NCBI RefSeq assembly: GCF_006345805.1
Contig: NC_043000.1
Span: 74,276,001-74,340,000 of the forward strand
Reading direction: 5' to 3'
Source of the DNA: Octopus sinensis
Lineage: Eukaryota
DNA length: 64,000 bases
In this document: in pieces, positions 26,769 to 39,357 of the stretch
Numbering within the stretch: position 1 is the stretch's first letter
Layout: each line of letters opens with the position of its first letter
Program-made: the position numbers and the translations under genes
The notes under the pieces: generated by a model
Database searches by the model: none
Told to the model about the DNA's origin: nothing
The model's input: only the letters and a program-made list of their open reading frames with translations

Positions 26769-27881
26769 GTGACGTTATGTTTATATTGCATGGAATTATC
26801 GTTGTTTTTATTTCCAGGAGATTTCTAAATAAGGGGAGGTAGTGAGTGATTTTTTCCGGTGTAGGGGAGATAATCGCTTAAAAAATTTTTTTTCCCATTT
26901 CCTTGTTAATTTCTCTGTGTCAGTATGTTCGGATGGTTGAGTCTGGGTTTGTACTTTTCAATGAAGAATGTTTCCTTGTTCAGTCTCATTTGTGTTGATG
27001 ATCCGAAAGCACATTGGTAAAATGGGAAGATTAAAAATTGTGGCATTAGTTGCTTTGCGCATTTCTCAATGTGCTCACTAAAAGGTATCATTCTATATTC
27101 TGGGAATGCAATCTGTTGTCGATGCAGTGTGCATCTGCGCCTGAGTGATAGTCCCGTGGAACCCACATAGTCTTGGTGGCAGCCCGAGCATTTAATAACA
27201 TAAATTATGTTTTCAGAGGCACAAGTAAAGTTAGATTTGATCTTAAATTTCTGTCCCTCTTTAAGAAGAATTCTGATCCTTCCAATAGGTTAGGACATGT
27301 TGCACAGTTCGATCTACCACATTTTTTTACTTTTGCATCCGTAATTTTAGAAGACAATTTTGCCTTTGTGAGAATCTTTTTAAGTGATTAGGCTGTTTGT
27401 AGCTTTTAATGATTTGGTGTATGTTTAGAATTTCCTTTAATTTGGGGTTTTTATGAAGTATTGGTAAATTCTGGGTGATGATGGTGAAGGCTTCTTTGTT
27501 TCTGGGGTTGTATGTAGATATGTAAGGTAGTATTTTCGGGGAAGGTGTGTTGTTGTGTTGAACTTTTCTTAAAGTTTCTATGTTGATTTCTGTTGCACGT
27601 CTGATCCCATCCTCTATGAGTTGAGCTGGGTAATGTCTGTCAATTAGGGTGTTTTTGAGTTCTTGCAGTCTAAAGTTCCTGGTATTTTGTTCTGACACTA
27701 TTGTGCATATCCTTCTTGCAAGGTTGAAGGGGATGTTTGTTTTAGTGTGTCTTGGGTGGCATGAATTAAAAAGAAGGTATTGTTTGGCGTCTGTGGCTTT
27801 GTAAAAAATGTCTGTTTCTATTTTAAGGTTAATTTTTTTAATTAGTATATCCAAGAACGGGAGCTCCTTTTGGTTGTATTC

Positions 27882-29006
27882 TTTGGAAACTCCCTCTCTC
27901 AATACATAAAAGAGAATTGGAAACGATTCCTAGACGATTGTTTCATTCTCTGGAATGAAAACATAGATAAACTCCTAAAATTTAAAAACCTATTGAATAG
28001 CATAAACCCAAATATACAGTTCACAATGGAATACAACCAAAAGGAGCTCCCGTTCTTGGATATACTAATTAAAAAAATTAACCTTAAAATAGAAACAGAC
28101 ATTTTTTACAAAGCCACAGACGCCAAACAATACCTTCTTTTTAATTCATGCCACCCAAGACACACTAAAACAAACATCCCCTTCAACCTTGCAAGAAGGA
28201 TATGCACAATAGTGTCAGAACAAAATACCAGGAACTTTAGACTGCAAGAACTCAAAAACACCCTAATTGACAGACATTACCCAGCTCAACTCATAGAGGA
28301 TGGGATCAGACGTGCAACAGAAATCAACATAGAAACTTTAAGAAAAGTTCAACACAACAACACACCTTCCCCGAAAATACTACCTTACATATCTACATAC
28401 AACCCCAGAAACAAAGAAGCCTTCACCATCATCACCCAGAATTTACCAATACTTCATAAAAACCCCAAATTAAAGGAAATTCTAAACATACACCAAATCA
28501 TTAAAAGCTACAAACAGCCTAAATCACTTAAAAAGATTCTCACAAAGGCAAAATTGTCTTCTAAAATTACGGATGCAAAAGTAAAAAAATGTGGTAGATC
28601 GAACTGTGCAACATGTCCTAACCTATTGGAAGGATCAGAATTCTTCTTTAAAGAGGGACAGAAATTTAAGATCAAATCTAACTTTACTTGTGCCCCTGAA
28701 AACATAATTTATGTTATTAAATGCTCGGGCTGCCACCAAGACTACGTGGGTTCCACGGGACTATCACTCAGGCGCAGATGCACACTGCATCGACAACAGA
28801 TTGCATTCCCAGAATATAGAATGATACCTTTTAGTGAGCACATTGAGAAATGCGCAAAGCAACTAATGCCACAATTTTTAATCTTCCCATTTTACCAATG
28901 TGCTTTCGGATCATCAACACAAATGAGACTGAACAAGGAAACATTCTTCATTGAAAAGTACAAACCCAGACTCAACCATCCGAACATACTGACACAGAGA
29001 AATTAA
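27882..29006 (+). pseudogene. 5'-truncated but open Penelope RT C-half plus GIY-YIG endonuclease ORF
   Basis: WKRFLDDCF, LPFLD, SCHPRH, KCGRSNCATC, IIYVIKCSGCHQDYVGSTG, no internal stop. Confidence 0.9.
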
Positions 29007-29143
29007 CAAGGAAATGGGAAAAAAAATTTTTTAAGCGATTATCTCCCCTACACCGGAAAAAATCACTCACTACCTCCCCTTATTTAGAAATCTCCTGGAA
29101 ATAAAAACAACGATAATTCCATGCAATATAAACATAACGTCAC

Positions 29144-29183
29144 AAGAAATTTGAAAAGCTACACGCGAAACCGGTAATTTCTT
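29144..29183 (+). ncRNA. Minimal hammerhead ribozyme, U3-A8 variant (sense to NCAPG2)
   Basis: aagaaat-ttgaaaa-gc-tacac-gc-gaa-accggt-a-atttctt read directly on +. Confidence 0.78.
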
Positions 29184-29340
29184 TAAAAATTTTAAAATTA
29201 TGTCATTTTAAGGAAAGGAAAAAAATTTTTCCAATATTCTCCAGACATTTTGACACAAATATATATATTTTTTAACATTTAAGCCTTCTGTCGTTTTTTC
29301 ACACTTTACTATTTTCTTATATATATATATATATATATAT

Positions 29341-29904
29341 ACTGGAAGGCGGCCCTCTCTGTACAGTGTTGAAATCTATTCATAAGGCACATATTGGCAC
29401 CTATCTTAATGCCCATTTCCTTTACAGTAAAATTGTTAAAAAAGTATTAAATATTACATAACATAATGTAACAATTTTTTTTTAATATCTAAATATAGAA
29501 AGTAGTATAGATAATAATAGAGGGATGTATTGTACGAAAATTATAAAACATTTACAGAACTTTAGTATATACAATGTTTTTAACTTTTTTCTGTGGAGCA
29601 TATATGAAAAGTTTCTGTGGGCTTGCTACTCCGGAACGAGCTACATACAATTGACGGTGTGAGAAACAACCCTCTTTTAGATGGAGACCAGCAACCTGCA
29701 GTGTTTGACTTTGGGGCTTGTTAATGGTCATTACATAACTGACTCTCACTGGGAAATGCAATCGTTTGAAATGAATGAGAACTATTGGTATTATGGTAAT
29801 CCCTCAATTATCATGGGTGTTACATTCCACCACCCCCGTGATAGGTGAAAATCTGCGAAGTAGAGAGAGTACTGTACTGTATATTTAAAATTATTTTTAT
29901 AATT

Positions 29905-29959
<55 letters not shown>

Positions 29960-32260
29960 ATATATATATATATATCTAATATATATAAAACACGCATGCA
30001 TTTCCTCAATTCTCAACCCATTTCTGCCAAACTTTACACATTACTTATGTCTGAAGAATGGTCACGCACTTTGACATTTTGCCCAGAGCACCTGTGTAAA
30101 TGTACCTAAATGGACATAGTTTTTTTGTATGTAGGGTGTTCCATACTCTTAAAATCTTTTTATAAAAGTGAAAGGATGTTGTCATGTTATTTATTTCAAC
30201 TACCCACCTGCCATGGTGGTTAAATTGACTAGGAACACTGTACGCGATGAATATCCAATACCAAACAACCTTAATCTCCAAATTTAAACTGCATTAAACT
30301 TTGGCAAGCTTACCATTACTTATTCTGAGTTACTTGAAAAGTGATGTTCCCTTCCCTCTCTTCTATTTGTTGATACCTTTGTTTACCTACCAATGTGTTG
30401 TTTCACTTTAAGGATGCTTATTTACCCATCCAATTATGATATTTCGACTTTTGTCCATTGTTTCAAATACATTTTAGCATTGTCGTTCTAGCCCTTTTTC
30501 AACAATCACATATGATTTGTCCCCAAAAAATCAACTTTTAATTAAGAGTTTGCTTTCACTAGCAAAAGCTCCATACCAATTTAACTTTATGCAGCATTTG
30601 CTGTTAATTTATGTGCAGGCTATTTGGGAAGACAGAATAAAGGGTTTTGTTAGCTTATCTCTCCGAAAAAATAGCTCCCTTTGCCGTTGAAAAAAAAAAA
30701 ACTTGCAGAGGGGAAGTTTCAACATCTTCCTTCAATGTCATTACACCATTTATGTGGCTGTTTCTGAGAAGAAATTTCTCTTTCATGTAAAACAAACTAT
30801 ATTTTGTAGTCATTATCTGTAATCTATTCCCAAAACACTTCAGTAGCTCTACTTTGTATCGCTTGCAAACTTATATGTTCTATGATCATTAAAGGGCAAT
30901 GACCTCCACAATAACCAGCCTTCAGTTTTGTTTTCCGTTCCTAGATTAATCGGAAACATAGATTGCAGTGCTACTCATAAACCTTCTCAGTATCAATTAT
31001 TTGGTGAAAAAAATACTACCAAAGCAACTTAAACCGTCCAAAGCTAGTTTTATATATTTTTATATATTTAAGCTTTTATAAACTCTCCCCACACTCTTAG
31101 GATTACCCATTTCTTCTCTTTTTTTGCTTTCTGAGTTTTTCATACGCTACACTATGTATTTTCTTTTAATATATTTTAATTAATGTGTTATACAGTGCAG
31201 TAAAAAAAATAAGTACCTATTGGCCGCAGAAATCTGCGATATACTGAGGAGTCACAATATAAATTTACATATATATTTGCCAGAAAAATCCACGATGTAC
31301 TGAGGTGATCCGCAATATGGTGAGTGATTTAACTGTAGTGGTATTCTAGGAATAAATACAATGTTTTCCTTACTACATCCAATGAGAATTTTTGCTTCAA
31401 TAATGTGAGGTTGTAGGTCAATCACAACCATATGTGTACCATTGCACAATCTTGGCTGATTCAGGTTTCTTAGAAGCATGCTGACTGTGACCTTCTTCAA
31501 TTCAAGGTTGTGTGGTAGCGTTCTGGACAGTTCCAGACTGTTGAAGAATTCAACAGGATAATCAACAGCATTGTCCCCATCGACAATTTTGTTGATAGAT
31601 TTATAGATGTGGCTACCTCCACACACCCGTCTCACTTGTTTTTTCCCTAGCCCCCTTTCTGTTTCAAGAGAGAAAAAGAGGTAGGGGTAGTAAGAGAGAG
31701 ACATACATATACAACCAGAGAGAGAGAGGGGGGAGATAGTGAGAGAGATAGAAACATTGAGGACATATAGAAAGAGAAAGCAGAGGTCCAGCGTCTCACT
31801 TGTCTTTTCTTCATAACCCCCTTTCTCTGTCTCTTATGTCTTTTTCTCTAGAAAGAAAAAGAGGTAGAGATAGTGAGAGAGACACATATACACCCAGAGA
31901 GAGAGAGAGAGAGGGACATAGAGACAGAGAAAGCTGAGATCTGGCAATGACTTCAAAGGTAGTAATGTATAAACTAGAGAAAGTTAGAGGTGGAGTATTT
32001 TTTAAGACAGATAGGTGGAGTATTTTTTCACTCTGTAAAAGGCATTACAGTGAAGTAGGCAGCACACAGATGGCTACAAATAAGAACGAATACACCACTA
32101 ACTCCGCCCCCTCCTCCCAATCCATTTTTGGAAAATAAGTACAGATATCTGGAGAATGGTCAAATTAATTTAAATGACATGAAAAACCTGAAATATCATT
32201 AATTTTATTTAGTATTTTCAGTAGTCAGTGTTCAAACAAACTTTGCTTTTATAAGGATAT
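29341..32260 (-). mobile_element. Decayed Helitron with Pif1 remnants, split by a Tigger-like insertion
   Basis: Pif1 pieces YPVEFFNSL...LLRNL...LCNGT...FIPRIPL (31336-31610) continue as IP...HFPVRVSYVMTINKPQSQTL...QLYVA (29552-29793). Outer ends are approximate. Confidence 0.72.
29794..31335. mobile_element. Tigger/pogo-like DNA transposon (decayed)
   Basis: TA duplication whose removal restores the Pif1 frame (CTA ATA CCA). Degenerate TIRs ggtaatccctc / gagtgatttaactg; repeated aaatc(c/t)(g/a)cga subterminal motifs. Confidence 0.62.
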
Positions 32261-32264
32261 ATGT

Positions 32265-32612
32265 TCCTTTATTCTTTTACTTGTTTAAGTCATTTGACTG
32301 CGGCCATGCTGGAGCACCACCTTTAGTCGAGCAAATCAACTCCAGCCTAGTACTTATTCTATCAATCTCTTTTGCCAAACTGCTAGGTTACAGAGACATA
32401 AATGCACCAGCATTGGTTGTGAAGTGATGTTGGGCAGACAGACACAGACATACATACATATACATACAATGGGCTTCTTTCAGTTTCCATCTACCAAATC
32501 CAGTCACAAGACTTTGGTCGGTTTGAGGCTTGCCCAAGGTACCAATCAGTGGGACTGAACCCGGAACCATGAGATTGGTAAGCAAGCTACTTACCACACA
32601 GCCACTCCTGCC
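32265..32612 (-). mobile_element. tRNA-derived CORE-type SINE
   Basis: Reverse complement of the 38980 family (ggcaggagtggctgtgtggtaagtagc head; gtaaaagaataa tail). Confidence 0.85.
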
Positions 32613-33115
32613 CCTAAAGCCACATATATATAATTTGTTTTATGCTTATAAAAATCAGCTGTTTTTCAATCTGAATTCAAATGACACAGTATCATTACAG
32701 CTCTATAATATACCTCTAGTCTTAGACAACATGCAATGCAATTTAAAGTGTCTATAAATATTAGTTTTCACAATTTGTGTTGATCTTTTTTGATGGTGTC
32801 TGATTCATGACAGCAAACACTGCATCCCTAAGATTAGTCTTTTACTTTACTTTAAGAAAATATCTCAATTATATTCAGCTGCTGGATCTGTATAAATCTC
32901 AATAAAGGTTATAATGGTAGTAGAATACTGCCCTCACACCTCCAACTTCTCTATTCACAACTATCCTTGGCAGCATCTAACAGAAAGTCATATTATTGTT
33001 TAGACTCACTCTTGAAGACAGTACGGCCTCTTGTTCACATGTACTTTGTTTGCCTTCTGTGTTGCTACTATGGAATCCTTTGCACCCAAACCAGCTAATC
33101 ATATACCACCTAGCA

Positions 33116-33174
<59 letters not shown>

Positions 33175-33538
33175 TTGCCACCACTCATACCGTTTTGTAT
33201 ACTCTCTTAAGCCCAGCACTAACCACTATGCCAAAAACTTTTATCTCACAGTGTCAACCATCTAAAATTCCCTTCTCATTCATGTTTTTCTGTTGACATT
33301 GACTTCAAGATGAATAGCTACTATATCAATCTCATCATCAAGCTTTTGCAGGTAATCATTACTGATCCTTAAAAATATAAATGTAGTTTGATAAAGGTGT
33401 ATTCTGCTAGGCCAACTTATTCTTGATTACTTCATGAAAAGAGTTGATATTTTCAGAAAATACTCAATGGTTATAACATTTTTATCTTCAGTGTTTAATA
33501 TTAGAAAATTTAAAATGTATTTGAATGTATTTTTATAG

Positions 33539-33616
33539 ACTACCAACCATGTATTAAAAGAGAAGTTGGATAAAATATTTTCTAAAGCACTTTCTATAAT
33601 GATGAGAGAATTTAAG
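33539..33616 (+). CDS. NCAPG2: Condensin-II complex subunit G2, internal exon (TTNHVLKEKLDKIFSKALSIMMREFK)
   Basis: tag acceptor, AAG|gtaact donor, 78 nt phase 0-0. Resembles vertebrate NNKEAKLYTINKFASVLPEYLKVFK as recalled. Confidence 0.72.
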
Positions 33617-33659
33617 GTAACTGCTTTTCCTATATAAATGTCAGATTTGCTAATTGTAA

Positions 33660-34997
33660 TATTTGGCTGGCCAAAAAATTTACTTACTTTTTTCTACTGT
33701 ATATGTGTACTTGTTACATACCTGACCTCATTCACTTTTTTACTTTGTGCATACATACTTATTAAATACCTGACATACTAATGAACTTGTGACAAAACAG
33801 GTTGCATTCTGTGTGCTTGAGATATCTCTGAAAATGGAGAACCAAAACAAACAATATCAACATAGCATGCTTTTATATTTTAAGAAATGCAAAGAAAGCA
33901 GTGGAAATATGCAGAAAGATAGATACTGTGTCTGGAGAGGAAGCTGCTATGAAACATGTGTCAGAAGTGGTTTTCAAGATTTCAATCAGGAAATTTTTCC
34001 ATTCAAGATTCTCCTCACTCTGGCTGGCTAACTGAGATTAAAGGTGACAGAGTTATTGACTAAGAAGATTGCAGATATTCAAATCAATTGTTGAAAATCA
34101 TCTGCATCAACTTAGTTACACCAGTAGGTTTGATGTTTGGGACCCACATCAATTGAATGAGAAGAACATGACTCAAAAAATATCTGTGATTTGGTGCTGA
34201 TGCATGAAGAAAAGGATCCTATTTTGCAGAGAATAGTGACAGGAGACAAAAAAATGGATCATCTATGACAATGTGAAGTGTAAAGCAGGACTTCACCCAA
34301 ACAAGGTTCTGCTTTCACTTTGGCAGGATTAGGAGAATGTCTTTTACAAGCTTCTTCCCATGAACAGAATTATCAGTTTAAGCAATCCACCAAAAGCATC
34401 TACAACTTGCTAATAATAAGGGTATTGTCTTTCATCACAACAATGCCAAACTGCACTCTTCTTTGCAGATGCAGCTGATGCTACTGAGGCTTGGCTAAGA
34501 AGTTTCATCTCTGAAATATTTGCTCAACTTTGTGCCTTCAGGTATCTACCTGTGGCAGACTCTTCAAAATTCATTGAATGGACAGACATACAGCTCTGAA
34601 GAGGGTCTTGTTTGTAAAATTTTGTTTGTAGAAGTTCTTTGCCAGTCATGACAGGAAATTTTTTGAGCAGAAGATCCACCTCCAAGAAGGCAGAAAATAC
34701 TGAAACTAAACAGCAATTATATCATTGATTGAATAAATAACTTTAACTCTTTAGTATTTAAACTGGGCGTATCAGGCCCAAATATTCTAGCTGTTTTATG
34801 TCCTCATTGGCCAGATTCAACCTCTCACACCTATCCTACATATTGTCATTCTAAAAATAAACAATCACATCATCAAAATTTCAAAGCTACAAGATAATGC
34901 GTGATTAATTCAAAAGAATGTGAATCAATAATCATTGCATTTGTCTGAGTAATCCCATAAAAAAAAAAAGCAAGCAAACTTTTTGGCCAACACTGTA
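33660..34997 (+). mobile_element. Old mariner element (decayed transposase)
   Basis: Degenerate TIRs ttggctggccaaaaa / tttttggccaacactg. Remnants WDPHQLNEKN (WVPHEL-like), RIVTGDKKWIIYDN, VFHHNNA. Confidence 0.72.
34743..34957. mobile_element. piggyBac-type MITE (second copy at about 56815-57013)
   Basis: Starts TTAActctttagtattt. Internal sequence is shared with 56815-57013, which ends aatgctaaagggTTAA. Confidence 0.6.
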
Positions 34998-35060
34998 TTA
35001 AATTATAGGCTACCCTGAATCTCATAAAACCAATGTAGTTTTCTGTATTGTATTTTGTAG

Positions 35061-35131
35061 GATTCTCAGCTGAGGTCAGCATTAATCATAATTGCAGGGA
35101 AACTGCCTCCTAAATTAGTACCATATCTCAG
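35061..35131 (+). CDS. NCAPG2: NCAPG2 exon (DSQLRSALIIIAGKLPPKLVPYLS)
   Basis: ttttgtag acceptor, AG|gtaatt donor, 71 nt phase 0-2, matching the next exon. Resembles DDRCKIPLFMLMSFMPASAVPPFS. Confidence 0.8.
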
Positions 35132-35989
35132 GTAATTTAATCTTTTTGCTCATAATTTCTCTAATTTTATATCTTTTGTTATCCAGTCAATGACAAATGA
35201 CCAAGACCTTTGGCAATATTCCATGCTTGAGAAGAAAACCCATCAAGCCAAGTGAAATCGTAGTTGTGGTAGATACTGTTGTCATGCTACTGGCACCCTT
35301 GTTGGTGGCACATAAAAGAGCCCATTACACTCTTGGAGTAGTTGATATTAGGAAGGGCACCCAACCATAGGAACCATGCCAAATCAGACTGGAGTCTGGT
35401 GCATCCCCTTAGCTTGCCAGCCCTGGTCAAATTGATGATGATGATGTGATTCTTCTTCACATTGCCTCTTTTATTGAATTTTTTTCCTGGTATTTATATA
35501 ACAGGATAAGCTGAATAAAGTTACGTTTCACTTGAATTTATGATATGCAGCAATTGACATAATTAACAAATTACGACCACATTATTACTTTTTCATTAAT
35601 TCTTAAATCCTCTCTCTTTCCAACAACCCTACCTCTCTGAATACAGGATATGTACCACACTGCATCTACAACAAGGCTATATTATGAGCTACCTTGCATC
35701 TACAAGGGGTATGATACAGATCTCAGTTGACTTCAACTGACTTCCACTCCTGGCATCTCTCCTGAAACTTTATATTTACTTATTTCAATCATGTCAAACC
35801 TTTAATTATTTACATTTAAAAACAACTGGTGAAATTCACCCATCTGCATAAAAACCACCTTCACAATGTTAATACTCACTACATTCTGTTACCAACTTCC
35901 ATTCAAATTCATGCAGCCGCTATATTTTTATTCTGAATTAACTACATTTTCATTAAATTTTGTAGCTTTTCAAGGAATTTGGAGAAAAC

Positions 35990-37800
35990 TTCAGGCTTTT
36001 AGGGACTTACTAACCAAATTTGGTTCACTATTTCCTTTTTGTGATTTCTTAGTTGAATGTCTGTTACTGGGACAGTTAGGTTCTCCACAAGTTTGTAAAG
36101 GCATTTGGTTTTTCTGATGTTAACCTTTAAGCTGAACTGTTCTGCAGCTCTGGCAAAGCTATCTACCAGTTTCTGTACATCTTCAGTGGTGCTGTGGGCA
36201 ACCAGTGCAATATCATCAGTGAACAGCATCTCTTGCACTAGGGCCTTCATAGTGTGCTTCTTGGCTTTATACTGAGTATACCATGTCTGGATATAAATCC
36301 CCCTCCAATTTCCTCAAAGGTATCTTCCAACATTGCTGTGAGATAAGGGGAGATTACTGCTTGAACATGTACAACTTGTTTAACTCCATTTTGTCAATAC
36401 AAACTCACTTGAAGTATTACTATCTCATATTACAAATGCCTGCATTCCTTCATGCAGGGACCTATCTAAGTTGATATACCTTTGAGGAATCCATGTTTCT
36501 TAAGAACCACCCAAAGTCCATTACAGGATACTGTAATAAAAGCCTTTGTGAAGTTTATGAAAACATCACTATTAGACATGAAAGGCTGACCCAGTGCAAG
36601 CATTCAAATATCTAGGTAGCACCATCTCAGATAATGCACAACTGGGCCAGGAAATCACATACAGTATGAGCAGAGCTAGTATGTCCTTTGGCAAGCACCA
36701 GGAGAGACGGTGGAAGAATAGGCATGTTTCTATGCACGTCAAATGTATGGTATACCAAGCTATAGTGCTGTAAGAATTAACACTTCCTTCTCCAAGCCTA
36801 GATTCAAAACCGAATCCAAGAATTCTCGGTCGTCCAAACCACGACGATCAACAGGCACGAAAAAAGGTTTTCTTTGTCCTGTCAAAAATTGATTGATCAC
36901 CTCCCTTCGACCGCATCATTTCAGGCGAAGTTCAACTAGATAGCCGCTGACCTATTTTGGTACAAACTCTGCTGCAGTATGTCTGTCTTTCTAACTGCCA
37001 CAAATATTATAAAACCGTGGTGAAACAAGAGAGGCGGGCAGACAGACGAGATAGATCTATCTATGACCCAAGGTTTTGGCAGACCGCAGGGACAGAGAGA
37101 AATGTTCGAAGTGCCGATACACTACTGTTTCAAATGATCAACACGCACACACACAAACATATTCATTCCTAATATGACTTCCACGAATGTACTCTGTATT
37201 TCTAGCAACTCGTAGCAGTTGCCTACATTTTGTATGTAGTGTACCTCTAACGAATCAAGTCCTGTAAATAAATTCTTTTCAATTATGGATCAGTTTTCAT
37301 ATTTGTTTACATACACATTCCATTTGCATCAATGTTCATTGATACACATATAACCACTACAGTGCTTTCTTCCCTGCTGTATGGAGCTGAAACCTTGGCA
37401 GTCTACAAAGCTGAAGTAGACATGCATATATAATGAGACAGCTATGACAAATTATGAATATCACTCTGTTTGACAAGATAAGGAATAAAGAGATGCTACA
37501 GTGTGCTGGTCTGCCTCCTATGTTGGAAATCTTAATTCATAGAAATTTATGTAATTTGGGTTATGTTCACAGGAATGACAACAACCCCAGAGAAATCCTT
37601 TACTGCCAACTATGCAAGGGGAAAAGAAACCATGGAAGACTTAGGCTGAAATTCAAAGATAATGCAAAAAGGAATATGAAGTGGAAAGGAATTGATGATA
37701 ATAAATGGCAAACCCAAGTGATAACCTGGCCAGTATGGAGAAAGCTTAACAAGTTATGCCAAATTCATGAACAATTATAGTCATGATGACTGACTACAGA
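35990..37800 (+). mobile_element. Decayed RTE (BovB-like) LINE with inverted 5' segment
   Basis: Minus piece 35990-36565 (FINFTKAF, MLFTDDIALVAH, LKVNIRKTK). Plus piece 36575-37800 (YLGSTIS, YQAIVLSSLLYGAET, PREILY..L..GKRNHGR). Confidence 0.78.
36769..37361 (+). mobile_element. Solo LTR (Gypsy-type), 593 bp
   Basis: TGTA...TACA termini, 4-bp TSD GTGC, AATAAA at about 37267. Removal restores RTE reading VYQAIVLSSLLYG. Confidence 0.85.
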
Positions 37801-38049
37801 TAATATTAATGACCTCAAAAATATTATTTTCCAATCATAGATCATGCCTTAGTATTAAACACATTTGCAAAATTAAAGAATGATATCTGAAATCTGCTTT
37901 ACATTTAAAAAAGTTTTACTGTACAAAAGTTAATATTGGTTTCACTTTTTCTTTTTCTAGTATGATGAATTAAGTTTTTAATTAAAAAAAAAAAGTTAAT
38001 CCTGTTTCTTGAATTAAAATAACTTTTATTTTTCTCTGTTTTCTTGCAG

Positions 38050-38227
38050 CCACCAGTGTCTCTCTAAACTACAGAAATTAAGTGATACAGATTCCGTAAA
38101 GGAAGACTTTTCAGCATTAATTCAGACGACTTGTTCTTGGGGACAGATGAAAGGTTTACTTGACTTAATTCAAGAGTGGCTGACAGATGGCATGAAAACA
38201 AAATTAAATTCCTCCTTAAATTCTAAA
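38050..38227 (+). CDS. NCAPG2: NCAPG2 exon (HQCLSKLQ...LIQTTCSWGQMKGLLDLIQEWL...NSK)
   Basis: Polypyrimidine cag acceptor, gtaagc donor, phase 2-0. CSWGQ...L.L...WL motif of NCAPG2. Confidence 0.88.
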
Positions 38228-38979
38228 GTAAGCTTTAATGATTTAAATATGTTTTTTATTTTTATTTGTTATTATTGTGGAGAGATTCTAATCTTCAAGT
38301 TATGAAAAGTTTCTCCCTTTACACAAACACCATATGTATTGTTATTGTGTATATGTGTAAAAGTGAATGGAAGTATTAGAGGAGGCTGAAATGTAATACT
38401 GTACTTAGGGCACAGTGAGTTCAAGGGAGGGACAGTTGAATTTAGTGGCTTTTTAAGAGCGGGTAATTCTGTTTCAGTTGTATATAATCTTTCTTTAATT
38501 AAAAAAACAATGAAAAAAATGTGTCAGCCTTAGTAGGCCAGTGTCTTCTCAGATCAATGTACCTATTTCTGCTTAATAGACATTATCTTTCAATTCCAGT
38601 TCAGACAATGAACAATGTTTGTCATCAGTTTGATTTAGATGAATTACCTCACTGCCAAAAAGGAATGACTCATGGATTTATAGAAAAAGTACATTACTAG
38701 AATAAATGTGTACTAATTTGCTTATTTACAATTTCTTAATACGCAACCTCAGCATAAAAATTGAAAAATATTATATGTATAGACACACATTGAAAGACAG
38801 AGAGAGAAACACACATACTTGTAACTTAGAGCAAACTCTTTAGTAGGAGAGAGCATAAAAAAAAAAGCTCAAACAAATGTGTAAACAACTACCACAAATT
38901 ACCTTGACTATTCAAAATGGGGGTGCAATATGTCACATCTGGCTTCGATAGTCTACAAAATAATTTTCATTGCACAATA

Positions 38980-39357
38980 GGCGCAGGAGTGGCTGTGTGG
39001 TAAGTAGCTTGCTAACCAACCACACGGTTGCGGGTTCAGTCCCACTGCGTGGCATCTTGGGCAAGTGTCTTCTGCTATAGCCCCGGGCCGACCAATGCCT
39101 TGTGAGTGGATTTGGTAGACGGAAACTGAAAGAAGCCTGTCGTATATATGTATATATATGTATATGTGTGTGTGTTTGTGTGTTTGTGTTTGTCCCCCTA
39201 GCATTGCTTGACAACCGATGCTGGTGTGTTTAGGTCCCCGTCACTTAGCGGTTCGGCAAAAAGAGACCGATAGAATAAGTACTAAAAGGTGGTGCTCCAG
39301 CATGGCCGCAGTCAAAATGACTGAAACAAGTAAAAGAGTAAAAGAGTAAAAGAATAT
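38980..39357 (+). mobile_element. tRNA-derived CORE-type SINE (OR1/OR2-like), well preserved
   Basis: A box (tggctgtgtgg), B box (gggttcagtcc), core cttgggcaagtgtcttct, internal TA/TG repeat, LINE-like tail and (GTAAAAGA)n end. Confidence 0.88.

Noticed and set aside
33252-33351. Possible additional NCAPG2 exon (cag...CAG|gtaatc, open frame VNHLKFP...IIKLLQ, ends phase 0)
   Set aside because: Splice sites and phase fit, but I see no convincing similarity to the expected upstream NCAPG2 segment; needs RNA-seq.
38980-39050. tRNA gene
   Set aside because: A/B boxes are present but there is no complete cloverleaf; it is a SINE head followed by core and tail.
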